Positions 1-9,835 of a stretch of DNA of 64,000 nt are shown here, piece after piece (positions within the stretch are counted from its first letter, which is position 1; the number at the start of each line of letters is the position of its first letter). The notes below the pieces were generated by a model. That model worked only from the letters and a program-made list of their open reading frames with translations. It did no database searches and was not told the origin of the DNA. The stretch comes from Candidatus Bathyarchaeia archaeon (GTDB lineage: Archaea > Thermoproteota > Bathyarchaeia > Bathyarchaeales > Bathycorpusculaceae), in assembly GCA_049512075.1 (NCBI GenBank), contig JBEKXL010000001.1, forward strand, positions 128,001 through 192,000. Reading direction: 5' to 3'. A program made the position numbers and the translations under genes.

Positions 1-1395
1 ATGACGCTTTCGCAAAAAAGCCATTGCAATTCCTAATGCAGTAAGTGAGACTATCGAAGCGACTTCTGTCCAAAAGAAGTTGTAAAGACGAACAATGTAG
101 AAATCAATTTGCCATATCCCACTTGTCAACTCCAAAGATGCGTTGACAAATCTAACAATGTATCTACCGTCTTCACCTGTATCAAGAGTATAGTCGCTGC
201 GTTGGTATGGTTGTGTTCCTTGCGGCAGCAAGAATTCGACTATAGTGCCCTGAGTCATATTCAGTTTCCAGTCCCCAGATGCTTTTATGTTGACTACATT
301 GAAGATAGATGAACAATCATAGGGCCACAGTTGCCCGAAGGTTACGTTGATGGGAACCTCATTGCCAAAGTCGAACGTCACACTCACATCGTAATCATAA
401 TGGTCCTCGTATAGTTTTGCACGCGGATAGACGATGACTTCTGAATTGTTGTCGACGTAATAAGTACCGTAGTATGCATTATTGGGCTCCGAGAGGCGAT
501 CATCAAGTTTCGTGTATTGCCCATCAGTGTCAAAAACAGACACAACTTGTATGTCCTTGCCACTAGCGGGAAATAAGACCGGCATTTCAAATATCTGTGG
601 GACAGTGAGACCATTATACTCTGAGAGAGACTCGAACTCTTGAGTCGTTGTTGCCTTGACGTCGGTGGGTACTGGAAAAATCGATGAAATGTCCATCTTA
701 AATGTGAAGGACTTGGTTTCAGGATTGTACGGGAACGGCAAGAAGATCGCCGTTATATTAAGTGTTGGTTGGAGTGGTGTGTTTCGCCAAGTCAAAACCT
801 TGTAGTACTGATCTTTGCTATATTCTGCTCCAGCAGTATAAAAGGGGACGGAGAAATTACTGGGCAAAGTGATGCTTGCCTCGACGGGGATTTCACTGAT
901 GATATCTGTACCAAAAGCCCATGCTTGAAACGGACTGAAGTATGATGCCCCCTGCATTAGAACCATAATCAAGGACAGATTATACATTGAATGCGGCTGT
1001 ATCGTCACTTCGTCGTATCGGTTCATGATTAAGCCGCTTTCGTTCAAGGGCATGGAGTTATTGCCCAGATTGTCGATAATGTTGGCAGATTGAACTGTCA
1101 GATTGTTAGTTTTCCATATGACAGTACCTTGGGAGATGTTTTTTTGGAAGGGCAAGTCTTCTTCATTAATGAAGAAGTACGAAAGTCTTAGGGTGTTTTG
1201 AATTTTGACATCGTCGACTCTCATCTCACTTGGGAGAGGGGCAGCAAGTTCTATCTTGGAAGCAAATTGATAACCTTCGAATAGGTTTGCAGCTCTACAT
1301 GGGGTTGGTGTTAAGAAAGCAAAGCAAATCAGGACAAATAACAGCAAGAGGGCAATGACATGACTATTAGAACCCACACTAAAGAACTTTTTCAC
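1..1395 (-). CDS. Secreted, membrane-anchored hypothetical protein; 3' end runs off the window
   Basis: Not in the ORF track because no stop lies inside the window. Read manually from GTG at 1395 (MKKFFSVGSNSHVIALLLLFVLICFAFLTPTPCRA, signal-peptide-like) through an open frame to a C-terminal hydrophobic helix and basic residues (VASIVSLTALGIAMAFLRKRH) at position 1. Confidence 0.8.
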   Translation of the reverse strand, partial: MKKFFSVGSNSHVIALLLLFVLICFAFLTPTPCRAANLFEGYQFASKIELAAPLPSEMRVDDVKIQNTLRLSYFFINEEDLPFQKNISQGTVIWKTNNLTVQSANIIDNLGNNSMPLNESGLIMNRYDEVTIQPHSMYNLSLIMVLMQGASYFSPFQAWAFGTDIISEIPVEASITLPSNFSVPFYTAGAEYSKDQYYKVLTWRNTPLQPTLNITAIFLPFPYNPETKSFTFKMDISSIFPVPTDVKATTTQEFESLSEYNGLTVPQIFEMPVLFPASGKDIQVVSVFDTDGQYTKLDDRLSEPNNAYYGTYYVDNNSEVIVYPRAKLYEDHYDYDVSVTFDFGNEVPINVTFGQLWPYDCSSIFNVVNIKASGDWKLNMTQGTIVEFLLPQGTQPYQRSDYTLDTGEDGRYIVRFVNASLELTSGIWQIDFYIVRLYNFFWTEVASIVSLTALGIAMAFLRKRH

Positions 1396-1760
1396 GTATC
1401 GGACAGACCCTGATTGTTCCAGTAGTTACATTTGTGCGGAAGATAAAAAGCTTACGGATTATGGTTCTGGCGCGCTAATGTTTGAGCAATGCAACGATAA
1501 TTGCTAGACTATGGATGCAACTGACACAACGTATGTTACAATAGCGCGCGCAAAACTTTCACAGGGGGTCATATAATATTTTAACTGCATCGTCTAAACA
1601 CGATTCCAACTCGGTTTATTTACAGATTAAAGCGGACCTTACAAACGAAGAGATGGGGGTCAACTCAGAGCCCGCTTCCTCTAGAGCGTCCCCGTCACGC
1701 TCGGAGAATGCAACATTTTCAGGTGGTCAGAAGCTGGCACGCGCTGATGGTCAGAGAATG

Positions 1761-2195
1761 TCAGGCTAGGTTGCTGCTGGAATAGTACAGGAAAGGCAAT
1801 GCGAGCAGAATCGTGTTGCGCCCCCGCGTCGTGAGAGAGTACTTTACCCTCAGCGGTGGACCTTGCTCCACGGATCTCTTGATGTAACCGTACCGGTCTA
1901 GACCTTTCAGCTTGTCGGACAACGTGCGAGAATTCACTCCCAGAATCTTCTTCATCTCGCTGAAACCCGTCGTCTCCCTCAGGAACAATATGTAGAGAAT
2001 TTGGAGACTCCACTTCTGAGACAGCAAGCTGAAGCTCTCTTCGAGACTCTTTATGGTCTCCCTCATGTCCTCCAAACCCAGCTTTTGGTTCCGAAATATC
2101 TCGTCTAGCGTTTCCTCTATGCCCTTTAGGTTGACTCTCATACGAGATTCGACCAGTCTCCTGAGTTCTTCGCTCAGCACGGTTCGGGAGTTCAC
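1761..2195 (-). CDS. HxlR-family winged-helix transcriptional regulator
   Basis: KWSLQILYIL...FSEMKKILGVNSRTLSDKLKGL...PPLRVKYSLTTRG HxlR signature; divergent from the HD gene. Confidence 0.9.
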   Translation of the reverse strand: MNSRTVLSEELRRLVESRMRVNLKGIEETLDEIFRNQKLGLEDMRETIKSLEESFSLLSQKWSLQILYILFLRETTGFSEMKKILGVNSRTLSDKLKGLDRYGYIKRSVEQGPPLRVKYSLTTRGRNTILLALPFLYYSSSNLA

Positions 2196-2291
2196 ACCTG
2201 CACACCCAGTGTGTGAGTAGTTACTTCACGGTTTATAAGGTTTAACTTTTAAATCTAGTGTGCAGGACACACCAAATCACCTGGTGCCACC

Positions 2292-2879
2292 ATGAAACCA
2301 CTCCCGAAGAAGCTGGAAGAAATCGTCAAAGAAACTATGTCCGTGCTAGACGGAACGGCTCACTCCTACGCGCACGTCGTCCGAGTCGCAAAGATCGCTA
2401 CCATTCTGGCTGAGAAAGAGAAAGCCGACCAAGAGCTTGTGCAGACAGCGGCCCTTCTACACGACATAGGACGCGCGGTCGGTGAACCCCACAACGAAAC
2501 AGGAGCAAAACTCGCACGCGAGATTCTAGAACAGTCAACAAACTATCCTAAGGAAAGAATCGAAAAAATCGTCAAAATAATACTGCTGCACCCTATTGCC
2601 TTCAGAGACAAATTGGAAACCCTAGAAGAAAAGATAGTGTGGGACGCAGACAAAATAGATTTGCTCGGAATAATAGGCATCGCCAGAGTCTTTCACTGGA
2701 TGGGCAAAAAACCCTTCGAGACCATGAGTAACACTTGCTTTAAAGAGTTGAAACCAATCTACAACCTACTGAACACACCCTCCGCCAGAAAAATCGCGAA
2801 AAAAAGACACCGAAGAACAATCGCCTCCCTGTCGGCTTTAGAAAAAGAGCTCTCGACTGAGGATCTGAGAACCGGCTGA
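2292..2879 (+). CDS. HD-domain metal-dependent phosphohydrolase
   Basis: AHSYAHVVRV, ALLHDIG, VWDADKID motifs. Confidence 0.9.
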   Translation: MKPLPKKLEEIVKETMSVLDGTAHSYAHVVRVAKIATILAEKEKADQELVQTAALLHDIGRAVGEPHNETGAKLAREILEQSTNYPKERIEKIVKIILLHPIAFRDKLETLEEKIVWDADKIDLLGIIGIARVFHWMGKKPFETMSNTCFKELKPIYNLLNTPSARKIAKKRHRRTIASLSALEKELSTEDLRTG

Positions 2880-2949
2880 AGTTACCATCAGAGTTGCCAG
2901 ATCAAAAGAGTTTTTAGCTCTGCACACGAGTAGGAAGAGGTGTTCAAAC

Positions 2950-3744
2950 TTGTCCTTCCGCGCCAATATAGCTGAGACAGAAAAGAAGAAAGAATCCAAC
3001 ATCGTACTGGCCCTTGACTTTCCCTTCGAAAAACCCGAAAACCGCAAAAACCTGTTCTCCAAAGCCGAGAACCTCCTTGAAGGCGTGCACCCATACCTTT
3101 GCGCTGTAAAATTCAACCATCACCTCATCCTCCCGCTGGGCACGTTTAACGGTGTTGAGAGGCTCGTGAAAAAAGCCCACGACGAGGGATTGATGACCAT
3201 CATGGACTGCAAGGTGAACGACATCGGCGCAACAAACCAAGTCATCGCAGAATACTATTATGCCGCAGGATTCGACGCGTTGATAGCCAACCCTTTCATA
3301 GGATGGGAAGAAGGACTAAAACCGATTTTTGACGTCGCAAGCAGACTGCGCCGCGGCGTAATTCTGCTCATCTACATGAGCCACAGAGCAGCGGCAGAAG
3401 GATACGGACAGACAATCCTCGACGCTGAAACTGGAGAGAAACTGCCTCAATACGTCTCCTTCGCAAAAAAAGCGCTAAAACACGGTGCAGACGGCGCCAT
3501 CGTAGGTGCCACATACCCTGAAAAAATAAGGGAAGTACACGAGATACTCGGCGAAAAAGTCCCAATATACTCGCCCGGAATAGGAGCCCAAGGCGGAACA
3601 GCCCAAGCCGCGCTGATGGCAGGTGCAACCTACCTCATCGTGGGCAGGGAGATAACGCTTGCCGAAAACCCCGCTGAAACAGCAAAGAAAACCAGAGACT
3701 CCGCAAAATCTGCCAAGTGGAGCACTCCGAGGCGTTTCTCATAA
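2950..3744 (+). CDS. pyrF: Orotidine 5'-phosphate decarboxylase
   Basis: LALD, DCKVNDIGATN catalytic motif, SPGIGAQGG, IVGR. Confidence 0.95.
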   Translation: MSFRANIAETEKKKESNIVLALDFPFEKPENRKNLFSKAENLLEGVHPYLCAVKFNHHLILPLGTFNGVERLVKKAHDEGLMTIMDCKVNDIGATNQVIAEYYYAAGFDALIANPFIGWEEGLKPIFDVASRLRRGVILLIYMSHRAAAEGYGQTILDAETGEKLPQYVSFAKKALKHGADGAIVGATYPEKIREVHEILGEKVPIYSPGIGAQGGTAQAALMAGATYLIVGREITLAENPAETAKKTRDSAKSAKWSTPRRFS

Positions 3745-3940
3745 ATATCTGTAACACTAATCACAGTAGACTTTGTGTAGCATACCGTTATAGTGTTCCA
3801 TAGTTTATCTCAGTCTCAGATTTAAGACTCTAGACCGTTAAAAACTTTATCATGTTCTGGTCTATTTTGTTTTTTCATACTTTCCTTTGTTGAACGAATA
3901 AAAAAAAGAATATGTTGAAAGTGCAGAACAGAAAAACTTG

Positions 3941-4822
3941 TTACTTAGGAACGATAGGTATGTCCTTGAATATCTTTTCTCGAATTGTCTTTTTCCCGTC
4001 CCTAACAACCACTCTTGAATCTTCATTTTCGATTCCCTTTGGTATTCGCACGTTTCCCCCACTCATTGTGTTAATAAATTCTTCGTAGTGAGGCTCATCT
4101 AGTTTATCCCACCAAGGAAGCTTAACGCCGCCATAAGTGACTGAACATTTCTCTATTGGTCTGTCATTCTGCAAAATTCTAATGCTCCAGCTACTCTTGA
4201 TAGGCTTGTCACTCTCTTCTTGAAATCGTAAAAGCGAGAACTGGGACTTCAATGATTCTTTTGCTTCTTTTCGCTTCAATTCTTCAATATCCTTTTTCAG
4301 TTTTTCCAATTCTTTAGTTTTCTCTTTCTTTGTTGCTTTCTGTTTCTTTTTTATGCCTTCAAATTTCTTTGTCAATGAGTCCACAATTTCGGCTATAATC
4401 GAAACACCAACGAATGTAAAGGTGAGCCAACCGCCAGAGCAAAATAGAAAAATCGAGAATTCCATTAGAGAGGTGTGGTAGATGTCACTCCCAAGCCAGA
4501 ACATACTTAAAATGAATGAAAGCGAAAAGAGGGCGAATGCCACAACAATCCCAAAACCAAAAGACCAAGGAAGCACCCTTATCTTGTTTATTTCTTTCTG
4601 TTTTTGTCTGAGTTTTTTCCAATCATCATCAGGAGAGTCCCCTGTTAGCTTGCTATGGTCTTCGTCAAATTTCTTAATCAAGTCCTCTAGCGTTTCTGCC
4701 CTCTGTTCAAATATCTCGGTAGATATGGGCGTTAACAGAGCATAAACCGCCAATACGAGTCCCATTCCTGTAAGGCTTGCCTCAAGCAAGACTGAAATCA
4801 CGGTTTCAGATACCATGTTCAA
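3941..4822 (-). CDS. Hypothetical membrane protein (3 TM segments plus coiled coil)
   Basis: 293-aa ORF with hydrophobic helices and a Lys/Glu-rich coiled coil; AT-rich DNA. Confidence 0.7.
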   Translation of the reverse strand: MNMVSETVISVLLEASLTGMGLVLAVYALLTPISTEIFEQRAETLEDLIKKFDEDHSKLTGDSPDDDWKKLRQKQKEINKIRVLPWSFGFGIVVAFALFSLSFILSMFWLGSDIYHTSLMEFSIFLFCSGGWLTFTFVGVSIIAEIVDSLTKKFEGIKKKQKATKKEKTKELEKLKKDIEELKRKEAKESLKSQFSLLRFQEESDKPIKSSWSIRILQNDRPIEKCSVTYGGVKLPWWDKLDEPHYEEFINTMSGGNVRIPKGIENEDSRVVVRDGKKTIREKIFKDIPIVPK

Positions 4823-4835
4823 CTATTCCTTTAAC

Positions 4836-5309
4836 CTATGAATTTACCGTCAAGCTTTGTGTCTCGCTGCCAAATTTCGTATCGTTTTCGTCATAGAAAT
4901 TAAGACGTATTTGATAGGTGCTCTTTGAGGCTCCGCCTGTAAGTGTTCCAATTACTTTAAAATTATAGGTTGATTGCTGGGAAGATTGAAGCTGTATATC
5001 GTAGTACTGCACTCCATTGTTATCTCGATACAAACCCACATTGTTTATGTAAAAAGTCACGTTAGTAACATTGAACCTCGCTGTGACGTTATGTTGATTT
5101 GATGCATCATTGTTTTTAATCGTAAAACTCAGAGTAGCATGGTCACTGACCATCATCTCGCTCGGATATAAGTTGACATTACTCACTTGAAGGGTTGGAA
5201 CTTGTGAACTCAGTATTATAACGTAAGCGGAAATGCTAATAAGAGCCAGAAAAAAAAGTACTACTGCTACGCCAAATCTACTTATTCCAGAGTTTGACCG
5301 AAAGTGCAT
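4836..5309 (-). CDS. Secreted Ig-like beta-sandwich hypothetical protein
   Basis: N-terminal TM helix followed by a beta-rich Asn/Thr/Ser domain. Confidence 0.7.
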   Translation of the reverse strand: MHFRSNSGISRFGVAVVLFFLALISISAYVIILSSQVPTLQVSNVNLYPSEMMVSDHATLSFTIKNNDASNQHNVTARFNVTNVTFYINNVGLYRDNNGVQYYDIQLQSSQQSTYNFKVIGTLTGGASKSTYQIRLNFYDENDTKFGSETQSLTVNS

Positions 5310-5449
5310 ACTTTTGAATCTCCTGAATTCATCAATAGAATCAAAGGCTTTTAAGTTTAACTATTAGGCTTTATAGGAGAATTGCGAAAGCAAGAAAGAC
5401 AGAAATCTTGAATCTGCACAGCAACAGAAGACAAACTAGAGGTTCAAAA

Positions 5450-6148
5450 ATGAGTGAAAAGAAGGCTATTGCGTCGAACCTGGGTATTCCTGATTTGCAT
5501 CAGGTCAAGAACCCAGAGGCTTTAGGCGGTCAGGAAAAGAAGTTGTGGAAGAAAATTGAGCCAATTCTTGACGAGTTGCTTGAAGAGTTGAAGGCAAAAG
5601 GGAAAATTGAGACATCTTATGTCGAAAGCAAAGTGAACCATCTTAAGAGTATTATAGAGAATTTGAATATGATTAGCATCAACAACAATCTTCTGGTTCA
5701 TATAGCTGATAGCATTGGCAAGGCTCGACGTTTTGTTGAAGTCGTTTCTGAGTTTGGTTTTACAGACTCTAGTTCTACTCACCCATATGTGGAAGTAAGT
5801 GCATTATTATCTATACAAAACTTCGAATGTTTTAAGACACTTCTTCTTTTTCATCTCAGAGACGTTGATTTTCGTGCTGGCAATTTTAATAAAACAATGG
5901 AAAAGTTTGCTCAAAAGGCGTGGGAAAAACTAGAACCCTACCTAGACAACGAATTTCGAAATTCACTTTCTCATGGAACGTGGGCAATAGAAAACAAGAA
6001 AATCGTTCTTTTCAAAGATGCGGACCTCATACCTTTTGAGAAATTAGAATTGTTTCAGTTCACGATTAGAGCAAAGAAGCAAAACGTTCTTTATGCTTGT
6101 TTGTTTAACCTGATAGACAGAAAGAGAAAGGAAGGCTTCTTTGCATAG
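5450..6148 (+). CDS. Hypothetical protein, possibly HEPN-like (RNSLSHG)
   Basis: Long ORF; ATG at 5450 follows GAGGT; contains an R-x4-H motif (FRNSLSHG). Confidence 0.6.
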   Translation: MSEKKAIASNLGIPDLHQVKNPEALGGQEKKLWKKIEPILDELLEELKAKGKIETSYVESKVNHLKSIIENLNMISINNNLLVHIADSIGKARRFVEVVSEFGFTDSSSTHPYVEVSALLSIQNFECFKTLLLFHLRDVDFRAGNFNKTMEKFAQKAWEKLEPYLDNEFRNSLSHGTWAIENKKIVLFKDADLIPFEKLELFQFTIRAKKQNVLYACLFNLIDRKRKEGFFA

Positions 6149-6536
6149 TGAATTCGGGTCTATCAGTCACGGCATAGAAAAGGCTCTAGTCAAGCTGAAA
6201 GAATCCTATAAGAAGAGAGGATGATAGACAGTATATACCTAATTAAGAACCATTATTAATTAATACTTATTATTACTAGGACTAGACATCTAAACATACG
6301 GTAAATACCACTATGAATGATCATAGTGTCTGTCTCTGTATTTCTAGTTACTCAGTGAATTTGCTTTAGTATGGATACTGTTCTCTAGAGCCTAAAATTC
6401 TTTAGTTATGGGAGTATCAGAGTAGTTCATAGCAGAGTATCATTACCTGGTTTAACTAGAGTCCACATGAAAACTTAGCTGCATGGCCACTGAACTACAT
6501 AGACCATTATACTTAATGATAGTTTGACCCGGCGGG

Positions 6537-7195
6537 TTAGGATTCTGTGTGTCTTTTTTGTGCAAGAATGATGTACCCTCTCACCCAGTTCTTGTGATAG
6601 TAGCTCGTGAACACGTCTTCTTCAAAATCGATAATGCGGAAGTCTTTCAGAAGATTGAGGATTTCCCTCCGGGTGAAATGATGACTGAAATGTAGAATCC
6701 TCCCGGCTTCATCCTTGACCGTGACTGTGCCCAACTCACCCGTGTCTTTAACATCGTCTCTGTACCTCTTTGCATACACTGGATTTTCCCAAGTTCGACC
6801 AAACTCCTCGACCAAAACATAACCACGCGTCTTGAGAACCCTATCAACTTCACTGACTATTCTGGACATCTCAGGTTTCGAAGCCAGAGTGAGAACGCCC
6901 AGCATCGTAGCTCCATCGAAGCAAGAATCTGGGAAGCACAAGTTTTCAGCGTCGTTGAGCAGGAAGCCCGCTTCTTTGACTCCCGTGATTTTGTCGCTTC
7001 CTGAGCTAGTCGTATCTGAGCCCTATCAACGTCTACACCGAAAACTCTGAAGCCGTTTTCATGCAGGAAAAAACAGGCTCTTCCATAGCCACAACCAACT
7101 TCCAAAATGCTTTTTTTCGAATCACCTTTAATCGCGTCGACAAGCCTTGTGGGCAAGGGAATCGTGTAGGGTCTACTTTCACCGCAAATTTTCAT
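6537..7195 (-). pseudogene. Class I SAM-dependent methyltransferase with a single-base frameshift near 6982
   Basis: Motif I (ILEVGCGYG) lies in one frame and motif II onward (DAENLCFPDSCFD) in another. One extra G in TCACGGGAGTC gives continuous ...TKSRGVKEAGFLLNDAENL. May be a sequencing error. Confidence 0.75.
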
Positions 7196-7344
7196 CTTCC
7201 ACGTCTTTCCCAAAGCTCTTTCTTCAGCAAATCCCTCACTGAAGACCTAATCGCCGAACTCCTGCTCGGATACATGTTCGCTCTGACAAGCTCATCTAAA
7301 CCCTCCAAATAAGCTTCCGGCAATAACACAGTTACAAGTTTCAA
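7192..7344 (-). CDS. Ribbon-helix-helix (CopG/Arc/MetJ) regulator, 50 aa
   Basis: Below the ORF-track cutoff. TTG start after GGAGGGG gives MKLVTVLLPEAYLEGLDELVRANMYPSRSSAIRSSVRDLLKKELWERRGR; the stop overlaps the methyltransferase ATG (ATGA). Confidence 0.85.
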   Translation of the reverse strand: MKLVTVLLPEAYLEGLDELVRANMYPSRSSAIRSSVRDLLKKELWERRGR

Positions 7345-7507
7345 GCTGCACCCTCCCTGAACATGTTATGCATATAACATGCATCGAATATAAGATTTGA
7401 CCCGAGACTCAAAGGTAATTCTTCAGAAAGAGCACAGTCGAAAACAGCTGCTGAGCGGCGAATACGCAAATCATAAAAAACAAATCAACTAACAGTCTAC
7501 AAAGGTT

Positions 7508-8719
7508 GTGACCTCAGTGGAAGCTTTCTCTCCCAAGACATTTGTCGAAAACGCAATCGCGGAGATGAAGAAGAGCATCGGTGATGAGAAGGCGTTGGTA
7601 GCTGTTTCTGGAGGGGTTGACAGCACATCGTGCGCCGTGTTGACGCACAAGGCGATTGGCGAAAATCTTGTTTGTGTAATCTTGGACGACGCTTTCATGC
7701 GGCAAGGTGAACCGGAGCATGTTGCCGAAACACTGTCGAAATCGCCGTTCAGTGTGCCCGTGAAAATAGTCAACGTTCATGATCGTTTTATGCAGGCAAT
7801 GAAGGGGCTGAGGGACGCTGAAGAAAAACGCAAAGCCTTCCGCGAGACCTTCTACACGGTTTTGGGCGAAACAGCCAAAAACGAAGGCTGTAAGATTCTG
7901 GTTCAAGGCACCATACGCGCCGACGTGATCGAAACAGTGGGAGGCGTAAAGACTCGGCACAATGTTTTAGAACAGATGGGCATAAACCCGAATCAACGGT
8001 TCGGCTTCAAAGTTGTCGAACCCCTCGTGCGATTGTCAAAGGAACAGGTCAGGATGGCTGCAAGGCATTTGGGGCTGCCGACGGAGTTTTCTGAACGACA
8101 ACCTTTTCCAGGGCCCGGCCTGTCGGTGCGGGTGGTCGGAGAAATCCGTCCAGACAAGCTAGAGACCCTGAAGACGGCCACGACCATCGTTGAACATGAG
8201 CTTGCACTTCACAAGCCCGGACAGTATTTCGCGGTCATCGTCGACAACGAAGAGGCTTCGCAGACTTCGAAGGCCCTTCACGTTCAAGAGACCGTCGCGC
8301 ATCTTCTCAACGTTCCATCAAGGAACGTCCACATCAGAGTCTTCGCGGACAATGCCACTGGCGTTGAGGGTGGCAAAAGACGTTACGGCGAGATAGTCGG
8401 GATTAAAGTTCAAACAATGGATGGTAAGCTTCACCAGACTGGCATTCAGAACCTCGTTTCTGTTCAGGCAAGGATAATAACCGAAAACCCGCCCGTTGCG
8501 AGAGTTTTCTACGCAGTGAAAGATTCAGCTCAGAAAAGGTCCTACGTCATAGGCATAAGGTCTGTACAGACGAAAGACTTCTTGACAGCGGAAGTTTCGG
8601 AAATACCCTGGACGACGTTGGACAAGATTGGTGAAGAAATCGTTGAGCAGTGCACGGACGTGTCAACGGTCTATTATGATGTCACTCCTAAGCCGCCTGC
8701 AACAATCGAAATGGAATAG
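7508..8719 (+). CDS. guaAB: GMP synthase ATP-pyrophosphatase subunit B, with expanded C-terminal domain
   Basis: AVSGGVDS PP-loop, DAEEKRK, QPFPGPGLSVR, YDVTPKPPATIEME. Confidence 0.93.
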   Translation: MTSVEAFSPKTFVENAIAEMKKSIGDEKALVAVSGGVDSTSCAVLTHKAIGENLVCVILDDAFMRQGEPEHVAETLSKSPFSVPVKIVNVHDRFMQAMKGLRDAEEKRKAFRETFYTVLGETAKNEGCKILVQGTIRADVIETVGGVKTRHNVLEQMGINPNQRFGFKVVEPLVRLSKEQVRMAARHLGLPTEFSERQPFPGPGLSVRVVGEIRPDKLETLKTATTIVEHELALHKPGQYFAVIVDNEEASQTSKALHVQETVAHLLNVPSRNVHIRVFADNATGVEGGKRRYGEIVGIKVQTMDGKLHQTGIQNLVSVQARIITENPPVARVFYAVKDSAQKRSYVIGIRSVQTKDFLTAEVSEIPWTTLDKIGEEIVEQCTDVSTVYYDVTPKPPATIEME

Positions 8720-8772
8720 GACACGCTAGAAAGGTATAAAACCTCTGGGACATTCTACTGTGATGAAAAGCC

Positions 8773-9099
8773 ATGTTCCGCGTAAGAGTGAACAAGATTG
8801 AATCCATTCGAGACATTGACGGCAACCTTGGAAAACGCATTGAGCTAATTGAAGACAGACAGATACCAAACTTTGTGGTTAGACCGCAAACCGAAGAAGC
8901 CAAGATGGTACAAGACGTAATGCAGGCTCTGCAACAGCAGATGCCGATGTTCCCAATGAGAACGGAGGTAGCGATTCCAAAAATAATCCTGTTCTTAACC
9001 GAGCAAGAGTACGAGAGCCTGGGAATCGAGTTCGACGTAAACCAAATCTACGAAATAACGCTCGAAAACCAGACGCTGAAGTTCATGAAAACTGCATGA
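8773..9099 (+). CDS. Arcadin-1 family protein
   Basis: Recalled resemblance to Pyrobaculum arcadin-1 (beta strand, KRIELIED, Q/M-rich helix, PKIILFLTEQEYE, VNQIYEITL). Confidence 0.75.
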   Translation: MFRVRVNKIESIRDIDGNLGKRIELIEDRQIPNFVVRPQTEEAKMVQDVMQALQQQMPMFPMRTEVAIPKIILFLTEQEYESLGIEFDVNQIYEITLENQTLKFMKTA

Positions 9100-9433
9100 T
9101 CTCTTTTCTAACATGCCTCAGGGCCTGATGTCTTGGATGGAAAGACAGGACAAACATCATGTTCCTTAACGCCGCGCACACTTCTTCCATGTTGGACTTG
9201 CCGTTGCTGCTACAGTAGATGGGGATAGGCTCTTCGTCGCCTGTTTTATAGTAGACGTAGATCGGGGTGAAATTCTTCCTGAATGTCTTGATTTCAAAGT
9301 TCAGCTTCAGGAACCTGGCCATTTTTTCCGCAGCCATACTGACCGGCTTCAATCTTTTCTGACTGAAAGAAGAAGCGTAGACAAACAACTCTCCGCAGGA
9401 ACAATCCAACATCCTCGACACCTTACGAACCAA
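9083..9433 (-). CDS. Conserved hypothetical protein
   Basis: 116-aa ORF filling the gap, convergent with arcadin-1. Confidence 0.65.
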   Translation of the reverse strand: MVRKVSRMLDCSCGELFVYASSFSQKRLKPVSMAAEKMARFLKLNFEIKTFRKNFTPIYVYYKTGDEEPIPIYCSSNGKSNMEEVCAALRNMMFVLSFHPRHQALRHVRKEIMQFS

Positions 9434-9528
9434 CGCGGCGCGAATAACATTTAAGACAGGTGTTGAAGCAACACGTTTACGCGGTGGAGAGAGATAAGTG
9501 AAAGTGAACGCTTGAGCAGTGAAAACCG

Positions 9529-9804
9529 ATGAAGGCCAGAGCGCACGTCTTCATTAGCGGCAGAGTTCAGGGGGTGTTCTTCAGATCTGAAACTAGGTAT
9601 GAAGCGAGAAAGCACGGCGTGACCGGTTGGGTGCGCAACCTGCCAGACGACAGGGTTGAGGCTGTTTTTGAGGGTGAAGAAGAAAACGTAAAGAAGCTTC
9701 TGGAATTCTGCGGGAGAGGACCACCTGGAGCTAAAGTCGCAAGCGCAGACGTGACCTGGGAAAACTATTATGGAGAGTTCAGAGACTTCGAAATACAACA
9801 CTAG
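9529..9804 (+). CDS. acyP: Acylphosphatase
   Basis: ISGRVQGVFFR, GWVRNLPDDRVEAVFEG, GPPGA. Confidence 0.95.
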   Translation: MKARAHVFISGRVQGVFFRSETRYEARKHGVTGWVRNLPDDRVEAVFEGEEENVKKLLEFCGRGPPGAKVASADVTWENYYGEFRDFEIQH

Positions 9805-9835
9805 GAGAAGTCTCGGGCTTCCGCAGTTGCTACGC

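Noticed and set aside
6940-7000. A second BHB intron explaining the methyltransferase frameshift
   Set aside because: There is no surplus sequence; a single missing base explains the shift and no BHB fold is apparent.
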